Assembly (NCBI RefSeq): GCF_009914755.1
Contig: NC_060938.1
From: the human T2T-CHM13v2.0 reference genome, Homo sapiens
Direction: 5' to 3' (one strand)
Length of the DNA: 64,000 bases
A program made the translations under genes and the position numbers. Position 1 is the first letter of the stretch; each line of letters opens with the position of its first letter. The notes under the pieces are model-generated. The model ran no database searches. It was not told the origin of the DNA and worked only from the letters and a program-made list of their open reading frames with translations. Below, piece after piece: positions 59,201-64,000 of the stretch.

Positions 59201-59812
59201 CTGAGAATGCTTCTGTCGAGATTTTATATGAAGATATTCCCGTTTCCAACGAAATCCTGAAATCTATCCAAATATCCCCTCGCAGATTCTACAAAAAGAC
59301 TGTTTCAAAACTGCTCTGTAAAAAGAAAGGTTCAACTCTGTTAGTTGAGTACACACATCACAAACAAGTTTCACACAATGCTTCTTTCTAGCTTGTAGGG
59401 GAAGATATTCCCTTTATCACCATGGGCCTCAAACCGTCCGATAAGTCCACTTCCATATACTACAAAAAGAGCGTTTCAAACCTGCTCTATGAAAGGCAAT
59501 GTTCAACTCTGTGACTTGAATGCAGACATCACAGAGCAGTTTCTGAGAATGCTTCTGTCTAGATTTTATAGGAAGATATTCCCGTTTCCAACGAAATCTT
59601 CACAGCTATCCAAATATCCACTTGCAGATTCTACAAAAAGAGTGTATCAAAACTGCTCTGTCAAAAGGAAGGTTCTTTTCTGTTAGGTGAGTGCATACGT
59701 CATAAAGGAGTTTCTGAGAATGTTTCTGTCTAGTGGTTATGGGAAGATATTTGCTTTTTCACCGTAGGCCTCAGAGCGCTCCAAATATCCACTTGCACAT
59801 ACTACAAAAAGA
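35261..59812 (-). repeat. Run of 18 consecutive canonical 8-mer HORs
   Basis: 59813-35261 = 24552 = 18 x 1364; every marker interval is 1364. Confidence 0.95.
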
Positions 59813-61514
59813 GTGCCTCAAAGCTGCTCTCTGAAACGGAATGTTCAACTCTATGAGTTGAATGCAAACATCGCAAAGACGTTTCTGAGAATGCTTCTGT
59901 CTAGATTTGATATGAAGATATTCCCGTTTCCAACGAAATCTTCAAATCTATCCAAATGTCCACTTGCAGATTCAACAAAAAGTGTTTTTCAGAACTGCTC
60001 TATCAAAAGAAAGATCCACCTCTGTTAGCTGAGTTCACACAACACAAACAAGTTTATGAGAATGCTTCTGTCTAGTTTTTATTTGAAGATATTTCCTTTC
60101 TCACCATAGAGCTGAAAGCTGTCCTAATGTTCACTTCCAGATACTACAGAAAGAGTGTTTCAAAACTGCTGTACGAAAGGGAATGTTCAACTCTGTGACT
60201 TGAATGCACACATCACAAAGAAGTTTCTGAGGATGCTGCTGTCTACTTTTTATACGTAATCCCGTTTCCAACGAAATCCTCCAAGCTATCCAAATATCCA
60301 CTTGCAGATTCCACAGAAAGACTGTTTCAAAACTGCTCTGTCAATAGAAAGGTTCAACTCTGTTAGCTGCGTGCATATATCCCAAAGAAGATTCTGAGAT
60401 TGCTTCTGTCTAGTTTTTATGGGAAGATATTTCCCTCTTCACCGTAGGTGTCAAGGCGCTCCAAATGTCCACTTCCAGATACTACAAAAAGAGTGTTTCA
60501 AACCTACTCTGTGAAAGGGAATATTCAACTCTGTGACTTGAATGCACACATCACAAAGAAGTTTCTGAGGATGCTGCTGTCTACTTTTTATACGTAATCC
60601 CGTTTCCAACGAAATCCTCCAAGCTATCCAAATATCCACTTGCAGATTCCACAGAAAGACTGTTTCAAAACTGCTCTGTCAATAGAAAGGTTCAACTCTG
60701 TTAGCTGCATGCATATATCCCAAAGAAGATTCTGAGATTGCTTCTGTCTAGTTTTTATGGGAAGATATTTCCCTTTTCACCGTAGGCGTCAAGGCGCTCC
60801 AAATGTCCACTTCCAGATACTACAAAAAGAGTGTTTCAAACCTACTCTGTGAAAGGGAATATTCAACTCTGTGACTTGAATGCACATATCACAAGGAAGT
60901 TTCTGAGAATGCTTCTGTCGAGATTTTATATGAAGATATTCCCGTTTCCAACGAAATCCTGAAATCTATCCAAATATCCCCTTGCAGATTCTACAAAAAG
61001 AGTGTTTCAAAACTGCTCTGTAAAAAGAAAGGTTCAACTCTGTTAGTTGAGTACACACATCACAAACAAGTTTCACACAATGCTTCTTTCTAGCTTGTAG
61101 GGGAAGATATTCCCTTTATCACCATGGGCCTCAAACCGTCCGATAAGTCCACTTCCATATACTACAAAAAGAGCGTTTCAAACCTGCTCTATGAAAGGCA
61201 ATGTTCAACTCTGTGACTTGAATGCAGACATCACAGAGCAGTTTCTGAGAATGCTTCTGTCTAGATTTTATAGGAAGATATTCCCGTTTCCAACGAAATC
61301 TTCACAGCTATCCAAATATCCACTTGCAGATTCTACAAAAAGAGTGTATCAAAACTGCTCTGTCAAAAGGAAGGTTCTTTTCTGTTAGGTGAGTGCATAC
61401 GTCATAAAGGAGTTTCTGAGAATGTTTCTGTCTAGTGGTTATGGGAAGATATTTGCTTTTTCACCGTAGGCCTCAGAGCGCTCCAAATATCCACTTGCAC
61501 ATACTACAAAAAGA
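59813..61514 (-). repeat. Isolated 10-mer HOR variant, duplicated dimer at 60186-60861
   Basis: Interval 1702; same junction as the seven upstream copies. Confidence 0.95.
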
Positions 61515-64000
61515 GTGCCTCAAAGCTGCTCTCTGAAACGGAATGTTCAACTCTATGAGTTGAATGCAAACATCGCAAAGACGTTTCTGAGAATGCTTCT
61601 GTCTAGATTTGATATGAAGATATTCCCGTTTCCAACGAAATCTTCAAATCTATCCAAATGTCCACTTGCAGATTCAACAAAAAGTGTTTTTCAGAACTGC
61701 TCTATCAAAAGAAAGATCCACCTCTGTTAGCTGAGTTCACACATCACAAACAAGTTTATGAGAATGCTTCTGTCTAGTTTTTATTTGAAGATATTTCCTT
61801 TCTCACCATAGAGCTGAAAGCTGTCCTAATGTTCACTTCCAGATACTACAGAAAGAGTGTTTCAAAACTGCTGTACGAAAGGGAATGTTCAACTCTGTGA
61901 CTTGAATGCACACATCACAAAGAAGTTTCTGAGGATGCTGCTGTCTACTTTTTATACGTAATCCCGTTTCCAACGAAATCCTCCAAGCTATCCAAATATC
62001 CACTTGCAGATTCCACAGAAAGACTGTTTCAAAACTGCTCTGTCAATAGAAAGGTTCAACTCTGTTAGCTGCGTGCATATATCCCAAAGAAGATTCTGAG
62101 ATTGCTTCTGTCTAGTTTTTATGGGAAGATATTTCCCTTTTCACCGTAGGTGTCAAGGCGCTCCAAATGTCCACTTCCAGATACTACAAAAAGAGTGTTT
62201 CAAACCTACTCTGTGAAAGGGAATATTCAACTCTGTGACTTGAATGCACATATCACAAAGAAGTTTCTGAGAATGCTTCTGTCGAGATTTTATATGAAGA
62301 TATTCCCGTTTCCAACGAAATGCTGAAATCTATCCAAATATCCCCTCGCAGATTCTACAAAAAGAGTGTTTCAAAACTGCTCTGTGAAAAGAAAGGTTCA
62401 ACTCTGTTAGTTGAGTACACACATCACAAACAAGTTTCACAGAATGCTTCTTTCTAGCTTGTAGGGGAAGATATTCCCTTTATCACCATGGGCCTCCAAC
62501 CGTCCGAAACATCCACTTCCCTATACTACAAAAAGAGCGTTTCAAACCTGCTCTATGAAAGGCAATGTTCAACTCTGTGACTTGAATGCAGACATCACAG
62601 AGCAGTTTCTGAGAATGCTTCTGTCTAGATTTTATAGGAAGATATTCCCGTTTCCAACGAAATCTTCACAGCTATCCAAATATCCACTTGCAGATTCTAC
62701 AAAAAGAGTGTATCAAAACTGCTCTGTCAAAAGGAAGGTTCTTCTCTGTTAGGTGAGTGCATACGTCATAAAGGAGTTTCTGAGAATGTTTCTGTCTAGT
62801 GGTTATGGGAAGATATTTGCTTTTTCACCGTAGGCCTCAGAGCGCTCCAAATATCCACTTGCACATACTACAAAAAGAGTGCCTCAAAGCTGCTCTCTGA
62901 AACGGAATGTTCAACTCTATGAGTTGAATGCAAACATCACAAAGACGTTTCTGAGAATGCTTCTGTGTAGATTTGATATGAAGATATTCCCGTTTCCAAC
63001 GAAATCTTCAAATCTATCCAAATGTCCACTTGCAGATTCAACAAAAAGTGTTTTTCAGAACTGCTCTATCAAAAGAAAGATCCACCTCTGTTAGCTGAGT
63101 TCACACATCACAAACAAGTTTATGAGAATGCTTCTGTCTAGTTTTTATTTGAAGATATTTCCTTTCTCACCATAGAGCTGAAAGCTGTCCTAATGTTCAC
63201 TTCCAGATACTACAGAAAGAGTGTTTCAAAACTGCTGTACGAAAGGGAATGTTCAACTCTGTGACTTGAATGCACACATCACAAAGAAGTTTCTGAGGAT
63301 GCTGCTGTCTACTTTTTATACGTAATCCCGTTTCCAACGAAATCCTCCAAGCTATCCAAATATCCACTTGCAGATTCCACAGAAAGACTGTTTCAAAACT
63401 GCTCTGTCAATAGAAAGGTTCAACTCTGTTAGCTGCATGCATATATCCCAAAGAAGATTCTGAGATTGCTTCTGTCTAGTTTTTATGGGAAGATATTTCC
63501 CTTTTCACCGTAGGCGTCAAGGCGCTCCAAATGTCCACTTCCAGATACTACAAAAAGAGTGTTTCAAACCTACTCTGTGAAAGGGAATATTCAACTCTGT
63601 GACTTGAATGCACATATCACAAAGAAGTTTCTGAGAATGCTTCTGTCGAGATTTTACATGAAGATATTCCCGTTTCCAACCAAATGCTGAAATCTATCCA
63701 AATATCCCCTCGCAGATTCTACAAAAAGAGTGTTTCAAAACTGCTCTGTGAAAAGAAAGGTTCAACTCTGTTAGTTGAGTACACACATCACAAACAAGTT
63801 TCACAGAATGCTTCTTTCTAGCTTGTAGGGGAAGATATTCCCTTTATCACCATGGGCCTCCAACCGTCCGAAACATCCACTTCCATATACTACAAAAAGA
63901 GCGTTTCAAACCTGCTCTATGAAAGGCAATGTTCAACTCTGTGACTTGAATGCAGACATCACAGAGCAGTTTCTGAGAATGCTTCTGTCTAGATTTTATA

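Larger units (their letters stand above)
1..64000 (-). repeat. Centromeric alpha-satellite HOR array (SF2 dimeric type; 8-mer, 1364 bp), probably the active human chr14/chr22 array (D14Z9/D22Z1, alphaXT)
   Basis: Tandem ~171-bp AT-rich monomers (e.g. ttcaactctgtgacttgaatgca...gtttctgagaatgcttctgtctag, the reverse complement of the alphoid consensus). The repeated marker ORF recurs at 159, 1523, 2887 and so on, with intervals of only 1364 (36x) or 1702 (8x). SF2-like motifs include gttgagtacacacatcacaaacaagttt and agattttatatgaagatattcccgtttccaacgaaatc. Each 8-mer has one TaqI site (tcga) and two XbaI sites (tctaga). The alpha-satellite/SF2 call is firm; the chromosome assignment is about 0.7. 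Confidence 0.97.

Noticed and set aside
159-63094. Recurrent 62-95 aa ORFs (MLQSCSLKR..., MKGNVQLCD..., MDIWIAWR..., MKLVCDVC...)
   Set aside because: They are chance open frames in alpha satellite, repeated with the HOR. Many use non-ATG starts, they appear or disappear with single SNPs, and they show no recognisable domain. I used them only as positional markers.
268-63684. CRISPR-like appearance of regularly spaced conserved 17-bp motifs
   Set aside because: These are CENP-B boxes. The intervening sequence is itself repeated (no unique spacers) and there are no cas genes.
1-64000. L1/Alu or other insertion, inversion, or non-satellite island
   Set aside because: Unit spacing accounts exactly for 159-62879 (36x1364 + 8x1702 = 62720), orientation is constant, and I saw no poly-A tails or target-site duplications.
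1-64000. A previously undescribed gene-based biological system
   Set aside because: Everything visible is explained by a known satellite family. Any novelty is limited to haplotype-level structure, which needs comparison with existing centromere assemblies.

Overview
The whole 64 kb window is one uninterrupted, highly homogeneous primate (most likely human) centromeric alpha-satellite higher-order-repeat (HOR) array, on the minus strand relative to the usual consensus. Monomers of about 171 bp alternate between CENP-B-box and pJalpha-type, matching suprachromosomal family 2 (SF2, D1/D2 dimers). The main unit is an 8-mer of exactly 1364 bp, most consistent with the chr14/22 array (D14Z9/D22Z1, alphaXT); that assignment is from recall, not from a search. 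Between positions 159 and 62879 there are 36 canonical 8-mers and 8 copies of a 1702-bp 10-mer variant. I see no genes, transposon insertions, inversions or other net length changes. The ORFs in the track are artefacts of the repeat, and I find no evidence of a novel coding system. The interesting signal is the array's recent history, read by eye from SNPs: a single-origin 10-mer apparently made by unequal crossover between two HOR haplotypes, nested super-periods (5794, 4430, 14654, 5456 and 2728 bp), a propagating CENP-B-box-disrupting variant, and candidate gene-conversion tracts.
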